From NCBI GenBank assembly GCA_964437495.1, contig CAYTGV010000001.1, positions 28,552 to 92,551 on the forward strand: DNA of 64,000 bases, written 5' to 3'. Shown here piece after piece: positions 19,296-29,615 of the stretch. The DNA comes from an uncultured Planctomycetia bacterium (GTDB lineage: Bacteria; Omnitrophota; Gorgyraeia; B26-G9). Made by a program: the position numbers and the translations under genes. The notes beneath the pieces are model-generated. The model saw nothing but the letters and a program-made list of their open reading frames with translations. It had not been told where the DNA came from and searched no databases. Each line of letters starts with the position of its first letter. Position 1 is the first letter of the stretch.

Positions 19296-20465
19296 CTAAG
19301 TAATCTCATTTTCCGTTAAATAACAGCAGGGATCTTCCTCCCATAGATCATTATGAACAACAAGCGCTCTGATTCGGCATCCGCCGCAATATGACTTATA
19401 CTGGCAGCGACCACATTTACCCTTCAAATGACTTGCTTTAGAGCGCAGCTGACAAAGAGACTCATCGCTTTTATTAAGCCATATCTTGCTAAACTCAGTC
19501 TTTTTTATATTTCCCATCGACTCCTGCTGCCAAAATTGACAGGCAAAAACATCACCGGTTGGTGACACATCCACAATTTTACTGCCCGCAGAACAACCTC
19601 CGTGAAACTCTAATAATTTCAAAACCTCCGCGGCAATCTGCGGCTTTATTTTTTTCAGATAATTATATATATACACACCGTCAGCATGATTATCTACAGT
19701 AAGTATCTCAAAATCAAACTTCTGCTTATTATATTCTAAGGCACGATGTACTAAAAAATCAACAACTTTACGTCGGCCCTTATTATCAATATCAATATTT
19801 GCTATATTCTTGCCGCGTCCTGAATAGACTAAATGATACATACAAAAACGCGGAATTTTTTCTTTTATACATAAATCCAGCACAAACGGCAAATCCGCTG
19901 CATTAGCCTTGCTTATGGTAAACCTTAATCCCGTCTTGAGTCCAGCCTCCTGAGCATTAATAATGCCCTTCATTGCCATGTCATATGCACCTTTTACTTT
20001 GCGAAATTTATCATGCAGATCTTTTCGCCCGTCAATGCTGACCCCGACATAGTCCAGACCTGATTTTGCTAGTTTTTTAGCAAGCCCCTTTGTTAGCAGT
20101 GTACCATTAGTAGACAACCCCACCCTGATTTTTTTTCCTTTGGCATACTCGATCAACGGCAGAATATCCTTATGCATCAAGGGTTCTCCTCCGGAAAAAA
20201 GCAAGATAGGAATATCTATTCTAGCTAAAGAATCTATAACATTCTTGATTTGCAACGTGGTAAGCTCATTTTTATAATTTATATTCTTTGATTCAAGATA
20301 ACAATGCTGGCAATCCAGATTACAACGTCGCGTTAAGTTAAAAACCACCAAAGGACTTGATGTATTACAGCTTATAAATAAAGGATCTTTCCTTTTTTTA
20401 CTCACAGCCCTTAAGGCATCGGATATTGTCGGTTTGCCGCCTAGAAGTTTTGTGAAATTAATCAT
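19296..20465 (-). CDS. Radical SAM/SPASM enzyme, AhbC/AhbD/NirJ family (alternative heme biosynthesis)
   Basis: CNLDCQHCY is a CxxxCxxC motif; a C-terminal Cys-rich SPASM-like segment (GKCGRCQYKSYCGGCRIRA) follows. Sits inside the hem cluster. Confidence 0.65.
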   Translation of the reverse strand: MINFTKLLGGKPTISDALRAVSKKRKDPLFISCNTSSPLVVFNLTRRCNLDCQHCYLESKNINYKNELTTLQIKNVIDSLARIDIPILLFSGGEPLMHKDILPLIEYAKGKKIRVGLSTNGTLLTKGLAKKLAKSGLDYVGVSIDGRKDLHDKFRKVKGAYDMAMKGIINAQEAGLKTGLRFTISKANAADLPFVLDLCIKEKIPRFCMYHLVYSGRGKNIANIDIDNKGRRKVVDFLVHRALEYNKQKFDFEILTVDNHADGVYIYNYLKKIKPQIAAEVLKLLEFHGGCSAGSKIVDVSPTGDVFACQFWQQESMGNIKKTEFSKIWLNKSDESLCQLRSKASHLKGKCGRCQYKSYCGGCRIRALVVHNDLWEEDPCCYLTENEIT

Positions 20466-21987
20466 TTTTTGTCCTTTTATTTAATATTGCCTTAATCAGA
20501 CCTTCAATCGTAAACACCTTTGCTACCGCAGCAGCTTTTAATCCATAACTTTGCAGTGTATTGGCAGTAACCGGCCCAATACAGGCAAATCTCTGCCTGC
20601 TTAATAATTCCTTATCTTTTTGTAAAAATTTCACAAACTGATGCACACAGCTTGAGCTGGTAAAGGTAATAAAATCAAATTGTTCAGCCTTAACAATCTT
20701 TCTCAATGTGAGGGCATTGGCTTGCTTTGGACGACAAATACTGTAAATAAACATTTCTTTGATAATCGCACCCTGCTTAGACAATTCATCTACCAGTAGC
20801 TTTCTGCCCTGTCTTGAATGAGGAATAAATATCTGCTTTTGGCAAATATCAATTTTTTTAAATTCCGCCACCAGGCTTTCCATAAAAAATTTTTCAGGCA
20901 TAATATCCGCGCTTATCCCCTTGCCCTTAAGCTCTCTTTGGGTTTCTATGCCAAGCACCGCAACTTTTGTATGAGCAAACAATCTGGCATCAAGATTATT
21001 GTTAGCTAGCTCACAAAAACAAATATCCACAACACTCCTGCTTGTAAATATTACCCAATCACTCTGTTTTATGGCATCTATCAAGTGCTTGGTATTAAAC
21101 TTGTTTGTTTTTACAACCTCAATCATAGGATAAATATAGGTTTGCGCACCAAAAGATTGCAGTTTCGAACTAAAAATTCCGGCCATTGCTTTAGGCCGGG
21201 TTATTAATATTTTCTTAGCAAACAGCGGCTTTGATTCATACCAGTTAAGTTTTTTTCTTAAATTAACCACTTTACCAATAATCACTATCGCCGGATTATC
21301 TAATTTATGCCTTTTAATAATATTTGTAATATTACAGAGCGTACCTGTCAGGGATCTTTGTTTGGGCAGTGTTCCCCATTGACTTACACACACAGGCATG
21401 TCTTTTTTCATGCCAAAATGCATTAGCTGGCTTATGATCTTTTTCAATCTGGCCATGCCCATAAAAACCACAAGCGTCCCTTTAATCTGAGCCAGTGCAG
21501 CCCAATCGATACCGCTATCCAGCTTACCAGGATCCTCATGTCCGGTGACAAAGGTTACCTGCGAAGATAGGCCCCTTTGAGTTAAAGGAATACCCGAATA
21601 AGAGGCCACAGCTATACCAGAACTAATCCCTGGGATGATTTCAAATGCCAACTTTGCTTTTTTAAGTGCAAGCGCTTCTTCACCACCGCGTCCGAATAAA
21701 AAAGGATCCCCTCCTTTAAGGCGGACTACAATCTGATATTTTTTTGCTTCCTTTATAAGAATCCTGTTTATTTCTTCCTGTTTCAAACTATGTCTGCCTG
21801 GCTTTTTTCCAGCATAGATCAGCTTTGCATGATTTGGCGCATTAACTAAAAACTCTGGAGACATTAAATAATCATAAATTATCACATCCGCGGACTTTAT
21901 ACACTCAAGCGCCGCAAGTGTTATCAAGCCCTCATTACCAGGGCCTACCCCAACCAGAAACACCTTGCCTTTAATTTTTCTTTTCAT
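20458..21987 (-). CDS. Uroporphyrinogen-III C-methyltransferase / uroporphyrinogen-III synthase fusion (CobA-HemD)
   Basis: N-terminal SUMT motifs (VFLVGVGPGNEGLITLAALE...) with a C-terminal HemD-like half; 509 aa. Confidence 0.85.
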   Translation of the reverse strand: MKRKIKGKVFLVGVGPGNEGLITLAALECIKSADVIIYDYLMSPEFLVNAPNHAKLIYAGKKPGRHSLKQEEINRILIKEAKKYQIVVRLKGGDPFLFGRGGEEALALKKAKLAFEIIPGISSGIAVASYSGIPLTQRGLSSQVTFVTGHEDPGKLDSGIDWAALAQIKGTLVVFMGMARLKKIISQLMHFGMKKDMPVCVSQWGTLPKQRSLTGTLCNITNIIKRHKLDNPAIVIIGKVVNLRKKLNWYESKPLFAKKILITRPKAMAGIFSSKLQSFGAQTYIYPMIEVVKTNKFNTKHLIDAIKQSDWVIFTSRSVVDICFCELANNNLDARLFAHTKVAVLGIETQRELKGKGISADIMPEKFFMESLVAEFKKIDICQKQIFIPHSRQGRKLLVDELSKQGAIIKEMFIYSICRPKQANALTLRKIVKAEQFDFITFTSSSCVHQFVKFLQKDKELLSRQRFACIGPVTANTLQSYGLKAAAVAKVFTIEGLIKAILNKRTKND

Positions 21988-21997
21988 AAATTATCAA

Positions 21998-23455
21998 TCA
22001 AATAATATTATCAGCAACAATATTAACAAACACATCCACTATCTCAGGATCAAACTGACTTCCGGCACATCTTTTTAACTCTTCAACTGCATCTTTTTGT
22101 TTTAGGCTTTTACGATATGGCCGAACTGATACCATTGCTTTATACGCGTCGCATACAGCCAAAATACGCGCTCCCAAAGGAATAGCGTATGCACGCAGAC
22201 CTTCGGGGTAACCAGTGCCGTCATAACGTTCATGATGATAGAGCACCATAGGCAATATTTGCTTATTTATATCCATTTTGCGCAGTATAGTTGTAGACGC
22301 TATACTATGCATTTTAAGCTTCACTAATTCATCAACCGTCAATTCCTGCTTTTTTAAGAAAATGTTTTCGCTAATGGATATCTTTCCTATATCATGCATC
22401 AGCCCCGCAATCCGAAGAAGCTCTATCTGCTCAGATGGTAGATTCATTTTCTTGGCAACTTTTACTGCAAGTTGAGCAACTGCCGCTGAATACCCCTTAT
22501 GATATTCATCCTTATCCTCTACCGCGCCGACCAATGCCGTAATTGACCCTAGATAATCGTGCTTAAGTTTTAAATACCGGTTAGCATTTTCTATGCATAT
22601 TGCAGCTTGAGTAGTTACAGTCTTGACTGTTTCCAGAGTATCTTGTTGCATTGTTACCAAACTGCTGCCGACAAACAAAGCAAGCCCCATAGACTTGTCT
22701 CGAGCAATCAGAGGAAAAATAAATAATGCTTTCGGATTATTTGCCGGTATATATTTCAAGATATCCGGCCTTGTCTTAAGTTCTGGGATTAATACTGCTA
22801 AGTGTTCCTCCATTAACCTCTGGTACATCTTTTTATCCAGCCTAAACCGCCTTTGGGCTATTTCCTCTATGTTATATTCAACACCGCTCAGGGCACCAAA
22901 GAAAAATTCCTTTGACTGTTCTTCAAAAAGCAGTAAAGCACAGATCTCAATTTTTGTTATCTCAATCAAATAACGCGCTGTTAAACTGGCAATACTTTGA
23001 AGCTCAACCATCCCCTCCATTTCCCTGTTCACCTGATGCAGCAAAGAAAGATTATTTAAAAGTCTATGCTTATTGCTTTCCTCCGCCTGGACCTTTAACC
23101 CCCGCTCTATAAGATCGCTGAGCTCCTGGACTTCAAAAGGCTTGCTCATATAAGAATACGCCCCTTGATTCATTAGATTTACAGCTGTTTCAACAGAAGC
23201 AAATGCAGTAATTATAATAACAACAGTATTTGGATAGGTTATTTTTATTTTTTTCAAAATCTGCGCACCGTCCATGTCCGGCAATTTCAGGTCCAAAAGA
23301 ACAACGTCAAAACCCTCCGCAAGCCACTCAATTCCCTGCTTACCAAAAGCAGTAGTTTTAACATCATATCCCTGCTGCTGCAATATTGCCGAAAGGCTTT
23401 TTGTTAAAAGCTGTTCATCATCAATAATAAGAACCGATATCTTATTGTCCCGCAT
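21998..23455 (-). CDS. Response regulator with receiver, GAF-like and HD-GYP domains (c-di-GMP phosphodiesterase type)
   Basis: N-terminal receiver (VLIIDDE...DVVLLDLKLPDMDG) and C-terminal HD-GYP (HDIGKISI...YHHERYDGTGYPEGL). Confidence 0.8.
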   Translation of the reverse strand: MRDNKISVLIIDDEQLLTKSLSAILQQQGYDVKTTAFGKQGIEWLAEGFDVVLLDLKLPDMDGAQILKKIKITYPNTVVIIITAFASVETAVNLMNQGAYSYMSKPFEVQELSDLIERGLKVQAEESNKHRLLNNLSLLHQVNREMEGMVELQSIASLTARYLIEITKIEICALLLFEEQSKEFFFGALSGVEYNIEEIAQRRFRLDKKMYQRLMEEHLAVLIPELKTRPDILKYIPANNPKALFIFPLIARDKSMGLALFVGSSLVTMQQDTLETVKTVTTQAAICIENANRYLKLKHDYLGSITALVGAVEDKDEYHKGYSAAVAQLAVKVAKKMNLPSEQIELLRIAGLMHDIGKISISENIFLKKQELTVDELVKLKMHSIASTTILRKMDINKQILPMVLYHHERYDGTGYPEGLRAYAIPLGARILAVCDAYKAMVSVRPYRKSLKQKDAVEELKRCAGSQFDPEIVDVFVNIVADNII

Positions 23456-24408
23456 TATTTTAATCCCCTTTTCTCTGAGTTTTTTTTCGCTAAACCAAAT
23501 TTTATCTTTTTAGCCAGCCTTTGAGCGGCTATTTGAGGAAAGCCTTTACTGCCCTTAACTTGAGCTCTATAAAAATTATTTTTATTTCTTATCACAATCG
23601 CTTCGAGATACAAACCATCTGCTTTTACCCTGGCCAGAGCCCCTATCGGCACTCTACAGCCTCCCCCCATAGCCCGAAGGAATTCACGTTCAGCAATAAC
23701 CTCTATTTCCGTTTTTTTAAAATTTAACTTCTTTATTAGAGGCTTAATTTTTTTATCGCCCTTTCTGATCTGTATACCCAATGCTCCCTGAGCAGGCGCA
23801 GGCAGCATTATATCATCACTTAAATATTCTGTGATGCGCTCTGAACATCCAAGCCTTATAATTCCTGCCGCAGCAACAATTATGGCATCATAATCCCCTG
23901 TTTCAAGCTTTTTAAGACGCGTGTCCAAATTTCCCTTTATATCTATTATTTTCAGATCCGGCCTAAAAAGCAAAAGCTGCATTTTCCTTCTGGGGCTGGA
24001 TGTACCCACACAGCTGCCAATTTCCAAATCAGACAACTTTTTAGCATGTCGGGAAATCAAAACATCGCTGTATTTTTCTCTTTTTGTAATCGCAGCGATC
24101 TCAAGCCCTGGAGGCATGTCAACCGGCATATCCTTCATGCTATGCACGGCAAAATCAATTCCCCCACACATAAGCGCCTCTTCAATTTCCTTAACAAACA
24201 TTCCCTTCGCCTGATCCCCCGCCCAGGTTTCAAGATGGTCTCCGCTGGTCACGATCCCTTTGATTGCAAAATCATTATACGGAAATAATGCCTCAAGCTT
24301 TTCTACCACTAATTTTGACTGTTTCATAGCCAAAAGACTTTTGCGGCTTCCGACAATTATTTTTTCTCTCTCATTAATCATTAACCAACCCCTGAAGTTT
24401 AGATGCAA
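23455..24408 (-). CDS. hemC: Porphobilinogen deaminase (hydroxymethylbilane synthase)
   Basis: 317 aa, KIIVGSRKSLLAMKQSKLV..., conserved HemC fold, overlapping hemA. Confidence 0.85.
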   Translation of the reverse strand: MHLNFRGWLMINEREKIIVGSRKSLLAMKQSKLVVEKLEALFPYNDFAIKGIVTSGDHLETWAGDQAKGMFVKEIEEALMCGGIDFAVHSMKDMPVDMPPGLEIAAITKREKYSDVLISRHAKKLSDLEIGSCVGTSSPRRKMQLLLFRPDLKIIDIKGNLDTRLKKLETGDYDAIIVAAAGIIRLGCSERITEYLSDDIMLPAPAQGALGIQIRKGDKKIKPLIKKLNFKKTEIEVIAEREFLRAMGGGCRVPIGALARVKADGLYLEAIVIRNKNNFYRAQVKGSKGFPQIAAQRLAKKIKFGLAKKNSEKRGLK

Positions 24409-25402
24409 TTTTCTTTAAATGAATATCAATAATACCTTCAATCTTATGGGCTTCTTTCAGCCTATCTTCCAGATTTGCATCCTTAATTTTTTTTAAATCA
24501 TCAAGGTTATATACATAAACATTATCAAGCGTATTTACATCCGGAGCGATATTTCGCGGCAGACCCAAGTCAATGATAAACACCGGACGGCCATTACGAC
24601 CTGAGATAACCTTCCTCAACATATCCTTGTCAAGCAAGATATGCGGCGAATTTACCGAACTGATAATAATATCCGCCTTAATTATAGCCTGCGGGAATTC
24701 ATCAAAAGCTATTGCCTGGCCTTTAAACTTTTTTGCCAGATGCTGCGCCCGTAAAAAAGTTCTATTGGCAACCAATACCATCTTTGCGCCTCTTGAATAA
24801 AGGTATTCTGCTGTTAGTTCTCCTATTTTACCGGCTCCTATTATCAATATCTTCTTTTGGGATAACCCCCCAAATATCTTACGGGCCATTTCTACGGCAG
24901 CCGTACTTATAGAAACCGCTCCATAGCCTATCTGAGTTTGAGAGCGCGCGCGTTTTCCTATCTTTATAGCCTGCTCAAAAACAAAGGGAAATACACGTGT
25001 TGCCGTGCCGGTTTGCCTGGCCTTAAAATAAGCATCCTTTACCTGCCCCAGTATCTGGGTTTCTCCTAAAATTTGCGAATCAAGGGAACTGCTTACCCTA
25101 AACAAATGTTTTACAGCATCTATGCCATTAAAATAATACAGATATTTTGCATAGGTTTTGTTTGTTATTTTATGAAATGAATTTAGAAATTCAGTTACTG
25201 CGCCATTTAATTTTTTACCGGGAAGTCCAAGCGCATAAATCTCCACCCTATTACAGGTAGAAAGGATTACTGCCTCTTGTATCTGCCTATTAGTTTTTAA
25301 CCGCGTTAAAGCCTCAGATAAAGAGGCCTTGCCAAAAGCAAACTTCTCTCTTGCCTCAATAGGCGCGGTACGATGATTAAGTCCTACTATTGTAATATTC
25401 AT
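24374..25402 (-). CDS. hemA: Glutamyl-tRNA reductase
   Basis: MNITIVGLNHRTAPIEAREKFAF... matches the canonical HemA N-terminus plus the NADPH-binding region. Confidence 0.9.
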   Translation of the reverse strand: MNITIVGLNHRTAPIEAREKFAFGKASLSEALTRLKTNRQIQEAVILSTCNRVEIYALGLPGKKLNGAVTEFLNSFHKITNKTYAKYLYYFNGIDAVKHLFRVSSSLDSQILGETQILGQVKDAYFKARQTGTATRVFPFVFEQAIKIGKRARSQTQIGYGAVSISTAAVEMARKIFGGLSQKKILIIGAGKIGELTAEYLYSRGAKMVLVANRTFLRAQHLAKKFKGQAIAFDEFPQAIIKADIIISSVNSPHILLDKDMLRKVISGRNGRPVFIIDLGLPRNIAPDVNTLDNVYVYNLDDLKKIKDANLEDRLKEAHKIEGIIDIHLKKIASKLQGLVND

Positions 25403-25410
25403 AATTTAAT

Positions 25411-26226
25411 TTATAGATAAGAATGTAATCCCGGAAGCAGATAACTTACTCCCAAGTAAGTAAACATTACACAGACAAATCCGATTATTGACAATATTGC
25501 CGCTCTTTTACCTCTTGAACCGTACATCAAACGTGCATGAAGATACCCTGCATATATCAACCATGTAATAAATGACCATGTTTCCTTTGGGTCCCAACTC
25601 CACCAGCTCCCCCATGCCTGTTGAGCCCAGATTGACCCGGTAATAATTCCCACGCTTAATAAAATAAATCCAAAAAGTACCATATTGTAATTTATCGAAT
25701 CCATAACTTCCAGCAAAGGCAGCATCTCCAGCAATTTTCCTGTATGTTTAAGCTTTAACTGCCTCCCCCGCATAAGATACATAACCCCTAAACAGAAGGC
25801 ACAGGCAAAACAGGCATAACTCAAAAAACAACTCACAACATGGATACTCAGCCAATAGCTCTGTAAAGCAGGCATAAGCGGAGTAACTGTATCATCAAGC
25901 AAAGCGGAATATCCTGTAATCAAAAAAGCAAGCGGCATAATAAAAGCCCCTATTATGCTAACCCGGAATCTATATTCAATAATCAGAAAAACCAAGACAA
26001 CACACCAGGCAAACAATGCCATGGATTCATACAGGTTAGACATAGGCGGGAACCCGGAAATCTGCCATCGGACGATCAATGCCAGGCATTGCGTTAGAAA
26101 GCCCAAAATTGCCGCCCATAAAGCAATCTTGGCAAGAAAACCTTTTTTACTAATAGCATAAGCAATAAACACAACAGCGCTAATTAAATATGCAATAAGC
26201 ACCCCGACAAATAATAGTGTGTACAT
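25411..26226 (-). CDS. CcsA/ResC-family cytochrome c assembly membrane protein (HemX-like position next to hemA)
   Basis: 271 aa polytopic protein with the W-rich heme-handling WWD-domain motif WGSWWSWDPKETWSFITW. Confidence 0.75.
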   Translation of the reverse strand: MYTLLFVGVLIAYLISAVVFIAYAISKKGFLAKIALWAAILGFLTQCLALIVRWQISGFPPMSNLYESMALFAWCVVLVFLIIEYRFRVSIIGAFIMPLAFLITGYSALLDDTVTPLMPALQSYWLSIHVVSCFLSYACFACAFCLGVMYLMRGRQLKLKHTGKLLEMLPLLEVMDSINYNMVLFGFILLSVGIITGSIWAQQAWGSWWSWDPKETWSFITWLIYAGYLHARLMYGSRGKRAAILSIIGFVCVMFTYLGVSYLLPGLHSYL

Positions 26227-26243
26227 ACAAATTCTCCAATAAG

Positions 26244-26873
26244 TCAGTATAATTTTAAATATGCTTTAAGGCCATCAACATTACAAATTTTTTTATTTTC
26301 GATCATTTCCAAAATATCAGGCCGCATCAATCTTTTTGCAAGCATCACCTTATGCTTATATGTGCCTTGCCCGCTATAGATATCTTTTCTTAATCCTGTA
26401 AGCTTTTTAAAATACTTTGCGTATTTTTTAAAAATAGGGCTGCAGTCTTCTTTAATCCTTTTAGACATTCCCGGAAACTTCCCTTGAGTTGAAATTGCCA
26501 TTGATAACCCCTTTCTGGACAATAAAGACGGGACATAAAAGCTGCACTCCAGAGGACTATCCACAACATTGACCAATATCCTTAAATCATTAGCATCCGC
26601 TGATATTATTTTATTTACCCACTCATCATTTGTTGCCGCAATAACAAGCATCTGCTCTTTAAGAAAAGTTTTTTTATATTTATTTTCCTTATATTGAAAA
26701 AGTTTTTTCTTCTCCATCCGCTTAAGTCCTAAGCATAATGCAGGACTCACAACAGTTACTAGAGCATTGCTTTTAAGCAAGGATCTTACTTTTCGCAAGG
26801 CTACCGCCCCTCCTCCTATTACGCAGCAAGGCAGGTTTTCAAGCTTTATAAATATCGGATAAAGTCTCATCAT
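26244..26873 (-). CDS. Precorrin-2 dehydrogenase / sirohydrochlorin ferrochelatase (siroheme synthase N-domain, SirC/Met8-like)
   Basis: 209 aa with a Rossmann GGG motif (CVIGGGAVALRKVRSLL) as in the CysG N-terminal domain. Confidence 0.7.
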   Translation of the reverse strand: MMRLYPIFIKLENLPCCVIGGGAVALRKVRSLLKSNALVTVVSPALCLGLKRMEKKKLFQYKENKYKKTFLKEQMLVIAATNDEWVNKIISADANDLRILVNVVDSPLECSFYVPSLLSRKGLSMAISTQGKFPGMSKRIKEDCSPIFKKYAKYFKKLTGLRKDIYSGQGTYKHKVMLAKRLMRPDILEMIENKKICNVDGLKAYLKLY

Positions 26874-27421
26874 GGCTCTATTTTTTTTACTTTAAAAAAT
26901 TCCTCAATACCCCTGTGCACTTCGTCAACAACTGCACGCGATGAAACCGTAGCACCGGTAATCGCCTGGATATTACCTTTAGTTTCACCTTTTACCAATA
27001 CAATGTCCTTGAAAACCTTACCCTTGAACTGGCTCAAAAAAGCTGCCTCCTCCTGCCCATATTTCACCTCATTTATCTGAGAACCAAGGCCAGGAGTTTC
27101 CATATGTTCAAGCACCTTTACTCCGGTTATATTTTTACTGCTGTCTAATCCGACCAGAAGATTGATATCTCCTCCGTATCCTTTGCCTTTTAGAGAAAGA
27201 CACCAGCCAACAACTATTCCCTCCTTGTCATATGCCTCAAAATAAACCATCCCATTCTCATACCTTTCATATCTATGGGCACTTAAAACTGAATTCAGGG
27301 AACGAACAAGTAGCATCTTTTTCTGCTCTTCAATCCTGGGGGCTGTATTATAATAAATAACTGCCAGTGTTAATGCGCAACAAAGCGCCACAATCAATAA
27401 AGCAGAACTCAAACGCAACAT
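26870..27421 (-). CDS. Membrane-anchored FMN-binding domain protein (RnfG/NqrC-like)
   Basis: N-terminal TM helix; ITGATVSSRAV is the FMN covalent-attachment signature. Confidence 0.55.
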   Translation of the reverse strand: MLRLSSALLIVALCCALTLAVIYYNTAPRIEEQKKMLLVRSLNSVLSAHRYERYENGMVYFEAYDKEGIVVGWCLSLKGKGYGGDINLLVGLDSSKNITGVKVLEHMETPGLGSQINEVKYGQEEAAFLSQFKGKVFKDIVLVKGETKGNIQAITGATVSSRAVVDEVHRGIEEFFKVKKIEP

Positions 27422-27468
27422 ATTTTTCTCCCTGTGTTTTTTTAAAAATCATATCTGACATGATCAAA

Positions 27469-28431
27469 TTAAGCCTTTTTCTTTACCCCCAGCATTATCA
27501 ATCCCCAAAACATCAAGGCAAACCCGCTCATCACAAAACCTAATCCCGGGTCCCTGATCGACTGAATTACTGTCTCATAAACAGGCGTAATTTTTTTTAC
27601 CTTAAAATCAAAAATCCCTGTTTGGCCCTCCGTTTGCGTCATATCTGTATTAAACGGAAACACCCATTGCTCATGAACCATTACTTCTTTTCTATATACA
27701 CTTATCAGCATTGCCACATTACCCAGTTTATATGAGCGCAGTTCTATGATTCCCTGCTTATTCACTGACACATCAGGCAGGAAATGAGTCATTTTTATAT
27801 TTAAAGCATTTTCGCCTTTTAATTGCAAAGGCTTTGCATGCGCCCACAATCCTTTCCACAACAGCTTATTGTGATGGAATATTTCAATTTCAACATCAGC
27901 CAGAACATTAAAGCTCGATTGATAAAAACTAAATCCTTTATATTTAAGCGGATGATTTACCCGCAGAGAATACTCTTTTTTAAAATCTCCCCCATCGAAT
28001 AAATCAATCTGACTTCTGTATTCTTTAGCTATTTGGCCTCCCGGATAATATTCAATACTTAACTTTTTAAAAACAATTTCTACTCCCTGATCAAGCAGAA
28101 CTATCTTCTCATTAGGCAGTAAAGTATATCGCTGCTCTTGTTTTGTATATCGACTAATCAAAGCTCCCGCAAAAACGACCAAAACGCCGCAATGCAAAAG
28201 GAAAATTGCCATTTTTCGCCAATCTTTTAAAAGAACAAATTTAAAACTATTCACAGTACATACAAGAAGATTTAAACCCAGACAAAAAAGAAGCAAATTA
28301 TAATAAGAGCTGTTAAAAAAATCATCCGCCTCATGCTGCGCAATCACTGTCCCAAACATTGAACTAAGGGCAAGAATAAACAATAAAATTAAAGTTATTC
28401 TCAAAGAACCAATTTTTTTAAACATTATCAT
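27469..28431 (-). CDS. ResB/CcsB-like cytochrome c biogenesis protein (short form)
   Basis: N-terminal TM segment (KIGSLRITLILLFILALSSMFGTVIAQ), a large periplasmic domain, and a C-terminal TM with a ...RDPGLGFVMSGFALMFWGL motif. Confidence 0.6.
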   Translation of the reverse strand: MIMFKKIGSLRITLILLFILALSSMFGTVIAQHEADDFFNSSYYNLLLFCLGLNLLVCTVNSFKFVLLKDWRKMAIFLLHCGVLVVFAGALISRYTKQEQRYTLLPNEKIVLLDQGVEIVFKKLSIEYYPGGQIAKEYRSQIDLFDGGDFKKEYSLRVNHPLKYKGFSFYQSSFNVLADVEIEIFHHNKLLWKGLWAHAKPLQLKGENALNIKMTHFLPDVSVNKQGIIELRSYKLGNVAMLISVYRKEVMVHEQWVFPFNTDMTQTEGQTGIFDFKVKKITPVYETVIQSIRDPGLGFVMSGFALMFWGLIMLGVKKKA

Positions 28432-29305
28432 CCCTGCTGCTTTTATTGGCTTTCTTCTGAATAATCCTTTCGCCTAAATCTACTTTATTAAAAAACTCCT
28501 CTTTAACCTCCATTAAGCTTTCTGTTTTTCCGACAACGATAAATCCCAAGGCAACAAGAGATTTATAAAAATTGGCAAAAACTTTTTCCTGTAACGCTTT
28601 ATTAAAATAAATAAGAACATTACGACATAATATTAAATCTATAACTGAAGGCGGCTCATCACTGATCATATTATGAATCATAAATTTAACCCTCGCTTTT
28701 ATCTTGGTCTTAATAGAATACTTATCTTTATCTTTTTCTTTATCAAAATAATCATCTATTTGAGAACTCGTGAGTTCTCTTAAGGACTTTTTCTCAAAAA
28801 CACCTAGTTTTGCTTTTCTTAATGCTTCCCTATCAATATCTGTGGCAATAATATTAATTTTAAACTTTTTATTAAGCTCTTGTAGAGCTTCTTGGAATAA
28901 AATAGCCAGCGAATAAGGCTCTTCTCCCGTTGCACAGCCAGAGCTCCATATCCTTATATTATAACTTCCCATTTGCTCCTTACGCTCAATAAGCACCGGA
29001 ATAACTTTTTCGCGTATTGCCTTAAATGCCTTGGGATTGCGAAAAAACTCAGAAACATTAATCGTTATTTTATCCAGCAATCTATCGTATTGCTGCGGAT
29101 TCTTGTTCAAAAAATCCAAGAAAGCGCAGAAACTCTCAACCTCCGCATCATGCATTCCTACCACAATCCGCCTTCTGAGACATTTTGGCCGGTATTGACG
29201 AAAGTCAATGCCTCTTTTTTGATAAATATTCTGCAAAATCATATTAAAAGCACGCAATTCCTCCGGGCGCATATCCTTAAAATCTATAAAATTATCAGAA
29301 CTCAT
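28418..29305 (-). CDS. cheR: Chemotaxis protein methyltransferase CheR
   Basis: Contains the CheR motifs FFRNPKAF and the SAM-binding IWSSGCATGEEPYSLAIL. Confidence 0.8.
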   Translation of the reverse strand: MSSDNFIDFKDMRPEELRAFNMILQNIYQKRGIDFRQYRPKCLRRRIVVGMHDAEVESFCAFLDFLNKNPQQYDRLLDKITINVSEFFRNPKAFKAIREKVIPVLIERKEQMGSYNIRIWSSGCATGEEPYSLAILFQEALQELNKKFKINIIATDIDREALRKAKLGVFEKKSLRELTSSQIDDYFDKEKDKDKYSIKTKIKARVKFMIHNMISDEPPSVIDLILCRNVLIYFNKALQEKVFANFYKSLVALGFIVVGKTESLMEVKEEFFNKVDLGERIIQKKANKSSRDDNV

Positions 29306-29349
29306 AATTATTCATCTTTTCTGGCAATAATAATTCTTCCGAATTATCG

Positions 29350-29613
29350 TTAACGAGGATTATCCTCAACAATTTTAATTGCTCTTACCATTTCCCGCAA
29401 TATATCCGCCTGAAACTGAACCTCTGTCTCCTTAATCTTGGTCATGATCCAGCCTTTCTCGGTTACCACATATCTGGCTGGCAGACGATTAAGTATAAGC
29501 GCCATGATATCAAGCTTACGCCTTGCGTCATTTATCCATTTTTTATCGATTTTTTTCAATTCCAGCTCTACAACATCTTTTACTACAACTTCCATATAAT
29601 TTGTAATTTCCAT
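29350..29613 (-). CDS. ComFB-like small protein
   Basis: 87 aa; ...ALILNRLPARYV... resembles the ComFB domain. Sits immediately upstream of dprA. Confidence 0.4.
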   Translation of the reverse strand: MEITNYMEVVVKDVVELELKKIDKKWINDARRKLDIMALILNRLPARYVVTEKGWIMTKIKETEVQFQADILREMVRAIKIVEDNPR

Positions 29614-29615
29614 TT

